This document shows, in pieces, positions 38,596 to 51,900 of a DNA stretch of 64,000 bases; the stretch's first letter is position 1; every line of letters starts with the position of its first letter. The notes under the pieces were generated by a model. It had not been told where the DNA came from. It was given only the letters and a program-made list of their open reading frames with translations, and made no database searches. Origin of the DNA: Balanoglossus misakiensis (lineage: Eukaryota; Animalia; Hemichordata); the NCBI GenBank assembly GCA_040954595.2, contig CM082578.2:17059703-17123702 (forward strand). Direction: 5' to 3'. A program made the position numbers and the translations under genes.

Positions 38596-41500
38596 ATTTG
38601 CTGATGGCGCACTCTTTCCAGAATGGGGTGAGCTACGACTTGAAAGGAGTCTCCGCCAAATACCGATTTCTGATATCAGTTCAAAGTTGGCCATTTATTC
38701 ACAAACGACTATGAGCATTCACACCGGGACCATTAAAATGTTTCTGATCAAACACTGGCACTCATGTGTGACAAGGCGTCTCAAAGGATTAATCCTTTAA
38801 ATTAAGTTTACAAAAGACAAATAGTGTCTCTGAAATGTTTCTAGTTTTACCCAGTGTGAACCTGGTATAGTTTACATAGCCATGCACGCGTGTGCAGAAA
38901 CAAACAGCAATGTATTGACGACCTTCGGGTTCTCCCAGATTATTTCGCTGTCAGTAATTAAAACAGAGGATAGGGAAGCCACATTAATGTAGTTTTCTTA
39001 ACTCAATGAAAGGTTTGGTGTATTGTTTTTCTGTTCCAAGGAAAACCGTGATCAACATCCCCGGTGAATAATAATCAAATGTGACATCTCCTTACACTCT
39101 GTATACGAGGAAAACGGAATAGATTCCGCAACCATTCACGTACATGTAGTAATATTGACTAAACGTTCGTACAATTTATATATCATGGCTATCGGTAGTC
39201 ATTTGTTATTTTCGTCGCCAATTACTTTACCTCGTCCAGTCTATCAATGTTCATGTAATCCTAGACACGTGCATGGCAAACGGTGTCCAGATAGTTTTCT
39301 GATGTTGGCCTCTGCCACAACTCGGATTCAGTGACAAGCATTCAGCCAAGAAATAGTTGTTAAAAATTCAACATGCTTGTCCGCTGGCTCTGACTTTTGA
39401 TGATTTGTCTCGCGCTACATGACTGCACTTGACAATGACAGACAGTTGTCAGAAATGAATTGGAGATCCGTATTCTATGAGAAGTTGAAACAAAGTGTAC
39501 CGCAATAGCGTCTCAAATTATTCAGCTTGCTTAACTATGGATAACCATGAACGCACCCCTTTATTTGGTCTAACGCGCTTCTGCCGTTGACGTAATGGCA
39601 GTTCACTATTAACGAATTGTTATTACACATGGGGTGCCAGAGTTAGAAATCGCTTCATTGCAATCATTGAACCATCGTGTTTTGGTGGGGATGACTACCA
39701 GAAATTAATATTCTTCACCAACAATAAGACCCAGTTATTGGTGGAATAAATCTTCAAACAACTAAGAGGACCAAATGTTAACAGACTGAGTGGATATTCA
39801 GCATATAAATTGGATCACAGGTCGACAAATCAAGAGGAGCTCCAATTAGGTCATATTTCAAAGGCTCTTTGGCGTTAAGTAAATGCGACGATGCAATAAT
39901 CTTCTCGTCAACTAGTGAAAGGGAGTGATTAGAAAATTATTATTTCTCTGTATTAGCATTCCACTCGCATCTGCAATGGTTGCTTGTATGTGGATCCTGC
40001 GAAGAAAGTGGACGCTAAAATACATGTACACCCCTTATGTGGGTTCTGAATGCAGAGAGTGTCATTGCACGATGTCACTTGTGACTGATTACTTGGTCGT
40101 ATATCCATCCGCACCAGCCGCTATGCGAGATACGTCAGTATGAATTGCTTCTACGTAAAATACGTGGCACATGAGATAACCGTTTATACGATGGCCATGG
40201 CCAGCAGTGGCCAATCTATCTGGGGAGCACAGGTGCTTCAGAGTGCTTTCTCTTAACAAGCAGCAAATCCGACTGCAAGTCATTAGTACCAGGGGTTGCT
40301 TCTTAAATCGACATTTGTCTCTCAGTTGGCAGCTGGTCTTCCATGACACGATTGAAAATTAATAAAAAAACGAACGGGGGGAGTATTGTGGTCCACTACA
40401 TGTCTCCTACATGTGTGTGTTGCAAAGATTGATAAACACGATGCGGGATTTCTCGGCATGAACACCTTTAATTGAATAGAGCTATATGTCCTACATTAAC
40501 AGGGTGTATGGTCTGGGTATAGAGTGACACACAACTGCTCAAGTTGCTGTCGGTGTCGACCAAGGGGTCACAAGAGGTCACTGTGATTACTCGCTCGAAA
40601 GAACTTCTACATAACTGATAAAATGAATGTGGTGGGAATTACGACACAAACACAAATGAGACGGCAAATCAGTATTTGTCCGGCGTAAAATGAATGTACA
40701 AAATGCCCATGCATTCTGCTAAGCCAGTGTCATTTCACACCCAAATTAAAGTGCAACTATTTTATCTATATGGTAAAATGTCTGACTTGTTTGCTGGTGA
40801 ATTTAATCAATCTGCGTGCGTGTAAATACTGAACTTACGTACACATTCTTCAAAATCGGAAGCTGGGCAATATACAATCAAACAAAGCTGTCAATTGCAC
40901 GGAATATGGTAATTTAATGGTTGTCGATGCCAGCTAACTGTCCGTGCAAATTGCTCCGATTAGAATAATGTTTTAGAGATCAGGTGTTCAGAACTTCGAT
41001 GTGCATTTATATATAACAGTATCGTGGTGAAAATGTTCCCATTTCTAACAAATGTAATGAAATGCGTCATTTAATAAGTACTTAGCGCTATAAAATGGAA
41101 ATGACCAGAACCAAAACTTGAAACAATCTAGGTACAGACCTGTTCACATGCTTCAATGACAGTGTCATCGACAGTGGCTATGCGCAGACTTAAATGCAAC
41201 CATTTGAGGTTTGGTTCTATCTTCCTTTCTGCCCGTCTGATAACACTGACATCAGTAATTGTTTGAATTTGACGGATGAAAATCATGTTCTAAAAATAAG
41301 CGAATTTAACGCTAGAATGCCATCCCGGATTCAATAGAAACACATGTTCACATTATTCTCATAATGCCATAATCATCATCATTATAAGTTGTCAACAAAG
41401 TGGTCAATTATATTTAAAATTCGCAATTTTGTTGCCAACCTCAATAAATACACGAGACTCTAACTCACATAGAGCCTACCTCTGTTTCAATTCAGAGATG

Positions 41501-42513
41501 AATTGGCTGGGTAGATGAACAAATATTCACATTTTTTTCAAAGTCATTGAGTTGCAAATTCAAAAGAAACGCTTCCACGTTGACCCTCACTCAACATGCA
41601 GCGATGGTACATGTATTGTCACAAAGCGGCAATAGTTCACAGTATAGCTTTCGAGTATCAAATGTCACCATAAAGCAAATCGAAAGGCCGGTATCTAAAT
41701 CTGTTTAAGCATATGGCAACAAATAGCATGTGTCACTTATATTGTTTAAAACTGAGGACTGTTTTCATGTACTTTTCTGGACCATATTGTTTAAATATAT
41801 CTGAAAAACGCTCCAATTGTCTCTACATCTACGCAACATGTCCGCATCCCCTATATAAACATGGACCTTTGTTCACCGGCGAAATCGTACCCTTGTAACC
41901 ATGTAGCCCTACATATCTGAAATTCTCAGCAATGATAAACCTGTCAGATCGGTAGGTTAAACAAAGTGACGTCATTGTGGATTCAGGAGGGCAATTTTGT
42001 TTTCAAATTTGTGTTCTGTCAAAGCGTCTTCTGTAAAGCACACCACTTTTCCCCTTTGGCTCTCACCGTGAAATAATTACAGATTGACTATGTTAGAAAT
42101 GTACGAAATGTAAGTGGCATGTTTCATATTAATCAGTTATCTTCTAAGTTCTTCGCTTATGGCGTGTCTGTAGAAGTCAACTGACCACTTGATAAGGTTC
42201 CTTCAGCCAAATGTGGTCGGTCACTCTTCGATGAGAACAGAATTATCACTCCCTGGTGATTTGGTGTTCGATTCTTTGACTATATTGACGTATAGCAGGA
42301 ACACAGTACAGTACAAACTGAATCTGGGGCACTTGTTGTGCTGTCTCCCCACTTAATATACTGGTAGCCATCTGACTTTCTGACCATTTCTTTTGAAAGT
42401 AATTTACAACTGAAGGAAGTGATAATGTTGCACACGATACAGAATGCTGTTCAGTGTTCCTGCCCTGGCCAGACGGTGGGATGTACTACAGTTGTAGTAA
42501 AACATTCCTGTTC

Positions 42514-43649
42514 TCATATACTCATGTTTTTCAGTATGAGTTCTCGTCGTTTCATGTCATCGGGGTCGATAATGACGTTTGTGGTCAGTGTATTGCTGTT
42601 TGACGATGACCTGCGGGCACTTGTGTAATCGTGGCCGGAGGTCGGTCGGCAGCTGATCAGGGCTTCTACGAACGCCCGTCGACAGCGAGCGCTGGTGCAG
42701 GTGTAGATCAATGGGTTGATGGACGAATTGACGAGCAGGAGCCACCGACTCAGAGCGTACATGCACACCGTGAATTTGCCACCATGGAAGATGCCCGTGG
42801 TTGTGTAGATCATGTGGAACAGGTACTTGTAGCAAGCCGGTAACATGCACACGAAAAACACAACCGATATAGCAATGCAAGTGACCAACACCTGCCTCTC
42901 GTCGGATTTTCTGGGGTTCTTTCGGTCTTTGCGTAGTTTCTTCACGGAATGCCTGAAATTCTTCACCGTCATGTAATACATGCTCGCCACCGTCAGCATC
43001 GAAGCCAAGAAAATGAACATGTACATCACGTTGACAGCATAACCGGCATGTGCGGCCCTCTCCTTGTCGGACTTGGTGAGGGAACACTGGATTACTTTCG
43101 GGACGGCGCAGAGTGCACCCAGCAGCCACGTGCAGAAGATCAAAGTACCCACACGACCGCGAGTGTTGAAAATGCGTGCCTTGAGTGGATTGCAAATACC
43201 CAGATATCTCTCTATGCTGACGATCGTTATCATCCAGATGGAGACAAAAAGTAACATAGTGTGCAGGAAGTTTATAAGGCAGTTGACTGTTGCATTAATC
43301 AAGTATCCATATCCAAGAAGGTGAATTGAGTAAGACAACAAGACTGTAAACAGCAATAACATGTCGGACACGGCCAAGTTCACCAGGTATCCGTTGGTCA
43401 GAGTCCTCATATACCTGACTCGGCAGAAAACAAAGACGAACGACGAGTTCAAAAGCAAACCAATTACACAGATAACGATTCCTCCAACAACATAAGGGTG
43501 GCCAGTGACACCACACGTGAAGTTCATCCAGGATTCACCAGCGCCAGAGCTGGTGTCATTGTTTTGGGTGTGTTGGATGCTCGCGTTGGAGTGGTTGCCC
43601 ATTGTAGCCATGGTAACATTGGCATCCATGTCAAATCTGCTGTGGTGAC
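42514..43649 (-). CDS. Rhodopsin-like (class A) orphan GPCR B, paralog of GPCR A; whole 7TM in one exon
   Basis: Motifs GLLLN, MRTLTNGYLVNLAVSD, SIERYLGICNPL and NSSINPLIY, plus multiple N-terminal sequons. Roughly half or more of the 7TM residues are identical to GPCR A by eye. Acceptor ctttttcccAG (AG at 43651-43650). First internal ATG at 43629 (371 aa if used); the ORF-track start at 43680 lies in the intron. Confidence 0.96.
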
Positions 43650-44385
43650 CTGGGAAAAAGTGAGGTGTAAAGATGAGCAAATTACAAATGCGTCATATCT
43701 TAGGGTAGGAACCATAACTTATTGATTTTAACAAATACCCAGGAGAAATATTCAACTCAGAAATTTTGAAATTAGCTCAGGAGTCATATCACAATTAACA
43801 TGTACCTGTCGCAGTTCAGTATGTGTTCATTATACTGTACCAACATGATCAACCGAATATTGTATAATATATTTTTTTATTATAATACAAAAATCAAATT
43901 CAAGAATGGTTAGTGCATGCTGTGCTTTCGTACAGGAAGTTTACCTTTAATGATGAATATATTATAATCCCCCTAATTTGGAGTGTGGGCAAACACATCT
44001 GATATGTTTTTGTTTAACAGGAAATAATGTACAAGCTGACAGAAGTTCATTGGATTATAGAAATGTGATGTTCCGGTTGAATGAGTCACTGTATACACCA
44101 CTATAACGTATCCAGTCAACTCAGACATATGAGGAAATAGATTTTCTACAGGGCCCATTCTACTTTAATTTCAGCTTTATTAAGTGTTCCAGTCGTCCAC
44201 CCCAAATTACTGTATTCACACATGACAGGAATTAAGGAGAATGAAACTTAAAAAAAATAGTTCAAAATGATGTGGAGTTCTTAGTTCCACAACCACATAC
44301 AACGGATGGACACTTCTCATCAAATGCAAAGAACACACAACGTAGTACCATATGATGGCAAATGTTTATGTGATTCAGAACTCAC

Positions 44386-44482
44386 CTTTTGTTGAAGCAA
44401 AAGTGTAACTCGTTTGTGATGATGAAGGCAACACACTGCAGAGTTGACACCAAAACAGAAGGTACAGAATCTGACGTGTCAT
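44386..44482 (-). CDS. Putative first coding exon of GPCR B encoding a signal-peptide-like leader
   Basis: Not in the ORF track. ATG at 44482 is the first in frame after an upstream TGA. Reads MTRQILYLLFWCQLCSVLPSSSQTSYTFASTK, then a perfect donor AAG|GTGAGT (44386|44385, phase 1) joining G|GT CAC CAC AGC AGA TTT GAC ATG in frame (410 aa total). TATA-like TATAAG at 44673-44668. Confidence 0.7.
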
Positions 44483-44960
44483 CAGGAGAGAAAAGGGAGA
44501 CGTGGAAACCGAATGTCACAAAGCGCGGTCGGGGTTGTAATGTGTGAGCTTACTGATACTCGATCTGCAAATCAAACCTCCGAAAAAATTTGCTCAGTGC
44601 AAAGTCGTGGATGTCTTCCAAACTGCCTCAGTGGTAGCACAGTACTTGCCGTACATGTTTCATAGCGCTTATACTCTGGACTGAGAACGCAATCACCCTG
44701 TAACTTGCTGCTTTTGCTTGGTCTAATTTAAATATTAAAATAAGCTTTTTAGACCTTTCTCCCATGATGCACAGCGTTTGGGAGAGTTGAATAACGCCAT
44801 CTCTGTGGACCAAGAAAAAAAATAGACATGTAGTAATGACATCAGCATGAGCCGATGTATTACGTACATATGAATAATAAAGCAGGAAGCAGACATAAAG
44901 GGTGCTGTGATATGAGAAATAATAATTTTAATCGAGAAACTTAGGGTGGGGTATATCGAG

Positions 44961-45273
44961 TATTATATTATACCAGTATATTGATGGTGTAAATCACGCT
45001 ATTTGATTGGTCGAGACACGACACGTGACCGTGATATATTAGCCATATACCACAGTCATATATCATAGTTAAAGAAAATGCCTTTTTAAAATGTTTTATG
45101 CAAAGTTTCAATATACTGGCATAATATAATAGCAATAAAACACCCCCAGCCATGGTATACCACTCGATTTTGACCAGTTCAACTCCATATACGCACTCGC
45201 TATCGCTCGTGCGTATATGTCGTGAACTGGTCAAAATCTCGTGATATACCATGGCTGGGGGTGTTTTATTGCT
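44961..45273. mobile_element. Non-autonomous palindromic (double stem-loop) element, MITE-like
   Basis: A 24-bp inverted repeat, 44961-44984 / 45108-45131 (one mismatch), abuts a 143-bp near-perfect hairpin at 45131-45273 whose outer 29 bp are perfect. No coding capacity and no clear TSD. Confidence 0.8.
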
Positions 45274-45864
45274 TAATTTATACACTGAGTAGACTAATGA
45301 AAACCAACAATACCTGTTGGATGTCACAACAATGCGCAGTTTATGCCTTGCCAATAAAACACTAATCAGTCCGCAGCCATATAATTCAATTGCTCCAATG
45401 TTTCAACACAAGTTAATAATGCATCGCCCATAACTGTCTTCTATACTACCGGTACAGAGGAAACTGTACATGTATGTCGGACTCGACAAATGTCAGTCTG
45501 GCAGACCGGCCCTGAGCGGTACTGAGCATTTTATGGAAAAATCAACATTGCCTATACGATTACCCAAGACGTGATTGCTAATGCGTCGCACATGGGATTT
45601 TACTGCTACGCCCAATAGAGTGATGCGTACCCGTTATACAAGTTAATGACCGCATGGATATTGAGCACACACCTGACTTTCGTCAAATGCACCATCACGA
45701 CTCAGTGAGCAAACACTGATAAAACGCCTGGCAGCATTCGACTGGTTTTACTGTGCCTATTAGATGTGAAATGACAGAAATGCAATTTTATTACATTCAC
45801 TGAATGTTGTACGGAACATTCTCATTTCTCATTTCTGAAGACTAGATTTACATAAAGCAATCGT

Positions 45865-45927
45865 ATCATCATCATTGTATTTGTCACCACCACCACCATC
45901 ATCATTATCAACATCAGCATCATCACC
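45865..45927 (+). repeat. Degenerate (ATC)n/(CAC)n trinucleotide repeat
   Basis: atcatcatc...caccaccaccatcatcattatcaacatcagcatcatc directly visible. Confidence 0.8.
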
Positions 45928-48900
45928 TATTCATCTGCAAAACCATTGCCATGGAAACAACAAACGACACTTGGGCCAACAATATCTTCACATCTCAGTC
46001 ATGTCAACAAACTCACTACCAATGGTGGAATAGCAAACTACGAGTATATCCGAACGCATGTCAGAAATATTTTGTATCACAGAGGAGTTCCCTTGCACGG
46101 TTAGGCTGTGCTTTTTATCCTCCTTAACTACATACTGTAGTCGAGAAACATACAGCAAATAATATGCCTGACTCAGTTGAGCGATATGCTCTATCGGCAT
46201 TAAAGTTTCCACAAACGAGAAAACCCACAGAGACTGTGGCAATGCGAGATATAAATAATGTTTTCATCGCTGTCAAATTCTGATAACATGTCATCAGTTT
46301 CCAAGCTCAAATTCCCAATTGGTGACGGGGAAATTGATTCAGAATCTCTGATAGAGCCTGTTCCATACTGGAGAAATGACTCCACAAAAAACGCCTATGT
46401 CGTGTTTGGTCTGCAGTCTTCACAATGACTATATCAATTACCGTAGCTGGGGAACCTGCAGTATTTTATGTCTGAGTCTCAAATTGTGGATCGTTGCGCA
46501 AAGGGATTAATCTATCAACGTCGGCGATTTATAGCGTGGATTTTCCGGTTTAACATTTGAAGTCGGGGCCAAACCAGCCTGTGATTAGGTGCGTGCGCAT
46601 ATTGGTTAAGCATGTGGCATGACGCATATATGTTCTCAAAATGTATAACACTAACAACTATATCACGAACTATCGTCAATATATCGCTACAAAATGAATG
46701 AATTATGTCTTTTGGTCCTCGATCATAGCTTTTTTTTAAAATCACAAGTCTCAAAGAAAAATGTGCCTATGTCTTTAGAACGTATGTGTAGTCTCACTTC
46801 CATGGATTTTAAGTGCATCTATTCAGAGTTTCGCTTGCCGGATCAAGGCAATTTAGAAAAAGGAAACTATGGTTTTGTAGTCATCTTATTGTATGTAACG
46901 GCCCATTGAACATACACGCACACAGTCTTTAACAAAGCCATTTGCCGTGATTTGCTTTGACTGCCCACTTGTTGACGAGTGCTTGTCAAATTTGGCCGCC
47001 GTTCAGAATAGGCGCATGCAAGTACAGCTGCAAAAACACACAACATCAGCTTTATGGCTGTGCATGCAACAGCTGCCACGACATATCACTTATCGTCATC
47101 CGCGAACTGAAGTGAGGACCGACCCGAACATTACGCCCACTTCATGATGTCAACAACAAAAACAGGAAAGAGTTTCAGAGCGGTAGTTTCGCAAGATGTG
47201 GATATTTCAAGGCTGTTTTGTGTCTTATGGGACCGTGCTGGAACGGGCCACCTTCTGAAGATTGTGTCAACGCATCCATAGTGAAATCATCCGTGTCAAT
47301 TAGTGACAGGTCACTCGCCCTGTATGTATTGGGCATGATATCAAACTGTGATATGTATCTCAAGACTCAACAGTCCCAGTAGACACATGTTCATCTGACA
47401 TTCAAAACAACTCACCACTACTAAAACTTGCTGGATAATGAAATGTTAAACCTGCGTGCAAACCCCTCGTTCCAACAAATGCTGCACTCAGCATTATTAT
47501 ACAACTACCTAGCTGTACTGGAGCCACGTGTTGTGAATACGACCAATTGTCCTCCGTGAAGCAAGCACCAAAGTGAACTAAAAGCAGGTATCAAATGCCC
47601 ACTTTTTGGATAATGATGTCATAATCGGAAACTGACTGTAAACCCACAGCATTTTACAGTTTGCAGTGTTATCCATCATGATGGTCTATGTGAATTGATC
47701 ATATTGATCGTTCAAGTGATTCACAAAGAGCAGCCCACTCGCCACAATGTCAGCAACCGCTCACTGTGTTTGCATTACATAAACATGTTATGTTGCATGA
47801 AATATTTAGGAACACGGCACTGAAAGTTGTTGTATATTTTAACTCTGATATTATATTTCCGCGTCAGGTCAGAATAACAAAACGTGCGGTCTGGGTGAAT
47901 AGAAGCATAACAGTTAGATCTGTTTTCATCTGATACCCTTCTGTTCTGATTACACAAAACAAAAGATTAGAGGGTGATATTTTAAACCATTGTAATGCGA
48001 TAATGATAAGAATCGTTCCATCTGGCTACTTTATTAAATATTTCCGTGTTCTATTTAGTCCACCCGCTTCTCAGTGAATGGTACTATAGGGATAGGAAAA
48101 GACACACGGTGGATAGCGCAGGCCCAAACTGATTTGTTCGCGGAGCACGCACTTTCTATAGAGGAATCGAATTATTCGCTATCAACGAAGCAATTTTGTT
48201 GTTAAATAGAAACCAAAATTGGCGACAGCGTCGAATGAATGGACAATGTGACTTAAATCATGACAATTTCGTCTGTAAACTGCGTGTGTCAGAGGCGCCA
48301 ATTCTGTATTTTTGTGATTCTTAAGTACAGTGAAGATGACGTCACAAGTCGTCGACTTTATTACTGGGGAAAATGGAAATTACATCCAACAGCGCTTTGT
48401 AGAAATGTTGGGTTTTCCGCAATCACTCATGTAATTTGTACATTTTTGAGTGCACTCACTTAAGCGGTGGTATATACCAGGCAGGGGAAAAGGTGGCAGT
48501 CTATTCGTCTTGCGAATGTGATGAACACTCTGAGCTGAAAGAATTGTTCTGCATCGGAAATGGAGACTTATCAAAAACCATCTATTCCAAGTCAAGTCAA
48601 GCCGACCGTTATTTTTGAAATAGTCTAAATTTACTGGTGAAGGAAATGTATGTACTTTCCGGAGTGAGGGGTTTCTGGGTCTTGTTAACAGCTTTCGCTT
48701 CCTATTGTCGATGCCAATTGCAATGGAAAGCGCGCATTGACATGTCTTGTATTTGGCAGAAAAACAAACACCACTTTCACAGTGGTTCCATTAGGCAAAT
48801 AATCCATTAATGAAAATAGTCAATACGGATAACTAAATTCGCGCGACCTTGTTAACATCTTTCCTTCTTCCATTCTTCCTGTAAACGTGGTCATTTGTAG

Positions 48901-51900
48901 ATTAAAGACCGTGGCAAGGTTAGTCATACCCAGTTTAGAGGATTCTTTCTTTTATGTGGAGAAAGTCATGCAAGTAGTGTAACGTAAAGAAAGTGTTTTA
49001 CCTGCACAGACAGGCACTTATGTTTTACACCTCATTCCTTGGGATGTTTTAAATATCACTTGTTCAGTTTATTATTAACGTTCTGCTAGGATTAGAGAAT
49101 CAATTTCGTTATCTTTCTGCAAATCTGCTTTTCGATTCATGTTATCTCAACTGAGCAAACAATTATCTCTTCTTACCAGTTTGCATGTCTCAGTGTCGAC
49201 GCCGGTCAAATTATGTCTCATGTAGTGTCCTTTTACGGTTATATAAATTTACAATAAATTAAGGAAATTTTCAACCAAAACACCGATTCCAGTAATAGAA
49301 ATAATAAGTCATATACATAATGGTCTAAATGGGAATTCTTGCTTACTACTACACGAAATTCCAACAGAAAAGAATTTCACTCACTCAGAACAATAAGCTT
49401 ACTTTTTCTATAGTTCGAGACCATGAATAGAAGAGAAACAAGATAAATAGATGCAATGCAAGAATGGTAGTTGATAAAAAGGGGCAGATGATGTTAAGAC
49501 AGTTTGAAAACACACATAGGTGGTAATGACGTTATACGTGCGCATGTGGCATAAAGGAACTTTTGTGGGGAAGATGAATTGAGTTTATGTTACATTTTTC
49601 ACGCTGTTCATGATGTATAGACACTTGCTGGGAATTGCATTTGCTTCCAAACATTAACGCCGCATGAACTACCCTACCTGAAATTCAAAGTCCACATACA
49701 GTAGATGGGACTCCAGGCAAATCGCCCGGTAATGCCAAATCCGGTCCACCTCTTCACAGGCGATAGTGAGGAGAATACCAAAATACGTATTCAAAATATA
49801 ATACAATCCAGTCCTAATTTATTATAATAAAATAGAAGAAACCTATTTCGTTGATATTATTTGTAACTCCCTGGCATATTCAACAACCGTGTATCGACAA
49901 ATAGCATTCAGAAACAATCATTCCAGCTGATCTCATTCGGAATTTCGATTGTAAATGTTTTCTCCGCAAATCAACATTTTATTGAGTGCTATAATCTAGT
50001 CTTTTGAAGTTACTGCGCCAAATATTGTATAAAGCTAAACTGAATGAAGAATTTATGTGTTCAGTTTCCCACACTAAACTATTTACACATCATGGGGCAT
50101 ACAGTACATGCACTTTCTTCTTGTCGTAGAAAGAGGTTCGGATGTACATCTTGATTAATATTGAAATAGTAGGTATTATGTCAATTGAAATGTGGCAGTT
50201 CGGTAGACACACACGTGCTGTTCTTATGTAATGTACACTTAGATGCGGACAATAAAATTCCTTTTCTGTGAGTTGTTAATGCTCCTGCGGGCTTTTGATG
50301 GACGGCTGTAGCTTACAGTAGCTGAAATGTATTGGAAATCTTGCCTCTATTACTACCATTACAGTCTGCCAAATAATGACTTGCCTATGGCTGGTGAAAT
50401 AACAGAAAATTCATGGCATAGGTGGGAAAAGTAAAATTTAATCCAGAGTTTAATTAGTATATATTAGTTAGTCATTTTATTGGTCAGTTTATTCAAAACC
50501 ATATGTTTTTGCCCTCTAACTTATTTAATCAGATTTTGTAACTGTGTAAAATGTAACAAGAGAGACCGGCATGTATGCAAATTCCTTCAATTGAAAGTCT
50601 GTTTATATGACTGTAGGTGCTTAGTAAGTGAAAACCTTAATGATATATGCCTGCAGCCTCAAAAACTAACCACGAGAAACTCTAGCAGTGCACGTGCGTC
50701 AGACATTTTGAAAAAGATATATATAAGTTTACAATCGCTTAATCTATTTGTGTAATTCGGGTGTCGAGAAATTGTATATTACTGAACTGGGAGATCTTTG
50801 GCATGTTTGATGTAATTGTCGGCTGAAGAAAAGACCTAATCAACGAAGCATTGCGGGTGATTGCCTCTTTTGCGGAAAAAATCATTATTTCACACGATAC
50901 TAACTTGTGAAAAAATATTCATAAAAAGCAACGCCACAGCATTTCTACTGAATTACCTTGGTGTGATAGGTAAAAGTGAAAGGGTACTTTTTGTACTTTG
51001 CTTGCACTGATAAGCTGTCCGGTTACATTTGTCTATCGTACGTATCGCTACACGACCTTCCATCGCAAAATGGTATTCCACACCATACCAAACACAACAC
51101 TAATTTTTATTCTGGTGATGTCCGCCTGCTAAAACGACGTTAATGTAATTTAGTCTACCGGTATTGAGGGTGGAAAGTGTGGAATGGATTTATACATCTT
51201 TAAAATGCAAGTTCAAATAAATTGATAAATGTATTTTCTCATGCTACTCAGAATTGAATTATTATTTTTAGTCAATACTAAAAGAGCTGCAATATTTTTT
51301 GTCTTCTTGTACGTGGCGGTTAGACAGACAGCTCAGCACAAAATTTAATGTTCTTCTGTATCATTGAAAATGGAAATAAATCACAATCACCATACAGTGG
51401 AAGTTGTACGCAGCCTTTCCCTGAAATTTTATCTAGGATATATCTACACAGACAGTTTGCAATCGCACGGAGAGGCTATGACACGCTATTGATTACTGCT
51501 CGACTGCGAAACACACCAACGCCTTTTACAGAACAGTTTCATAACATTGCTTCCGGATGTTCCTCGGTCTTTCTTTGAACGAGTGACAGAGAATAATAAC
51601 GATCCTGCCCGATAAAGAATTGGACGGCATTTTCGTGATGCATATCATGGCATTTCATCACAACATGGAGACTATCCAAACATAGCCCTTTCCTATAGCG
51701 ACACATTTGTATATTACTTTTCGTTTTCATTCATTTGCTGGCAAACAAGTCAAGCGTAAAGCGTCTCTGAGCTAATCGATTATGCGCACATGAGAGTAAA
51801 ACTACCCACAACTCTCTTTGAGTTCAGACATTTATTACAAACACACAAACATTAAAAAAGACTTGCATCTAACATTTTTCCGACGAGTATCTGGAACCTT

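Noticed and set aside
42557-43195. 212-aa alternative-frame ORF inside GPCR B, and other ORFs overlapping both GPCRs
   Set aside because: Non-ATG start and no equivalent in the paralog. Long stop-free shadow frames are expected in coding sequence with C/G-rich third positions.
46867-47079. Signal-peptide-like ORF (MLCVFAAVLACAYS...) near GPCR B, as a candidate ligand precursor
   Set aside because: Track start is GTG; no amidation or dibasic-flanked peptide pattern and no supporting exon structure.
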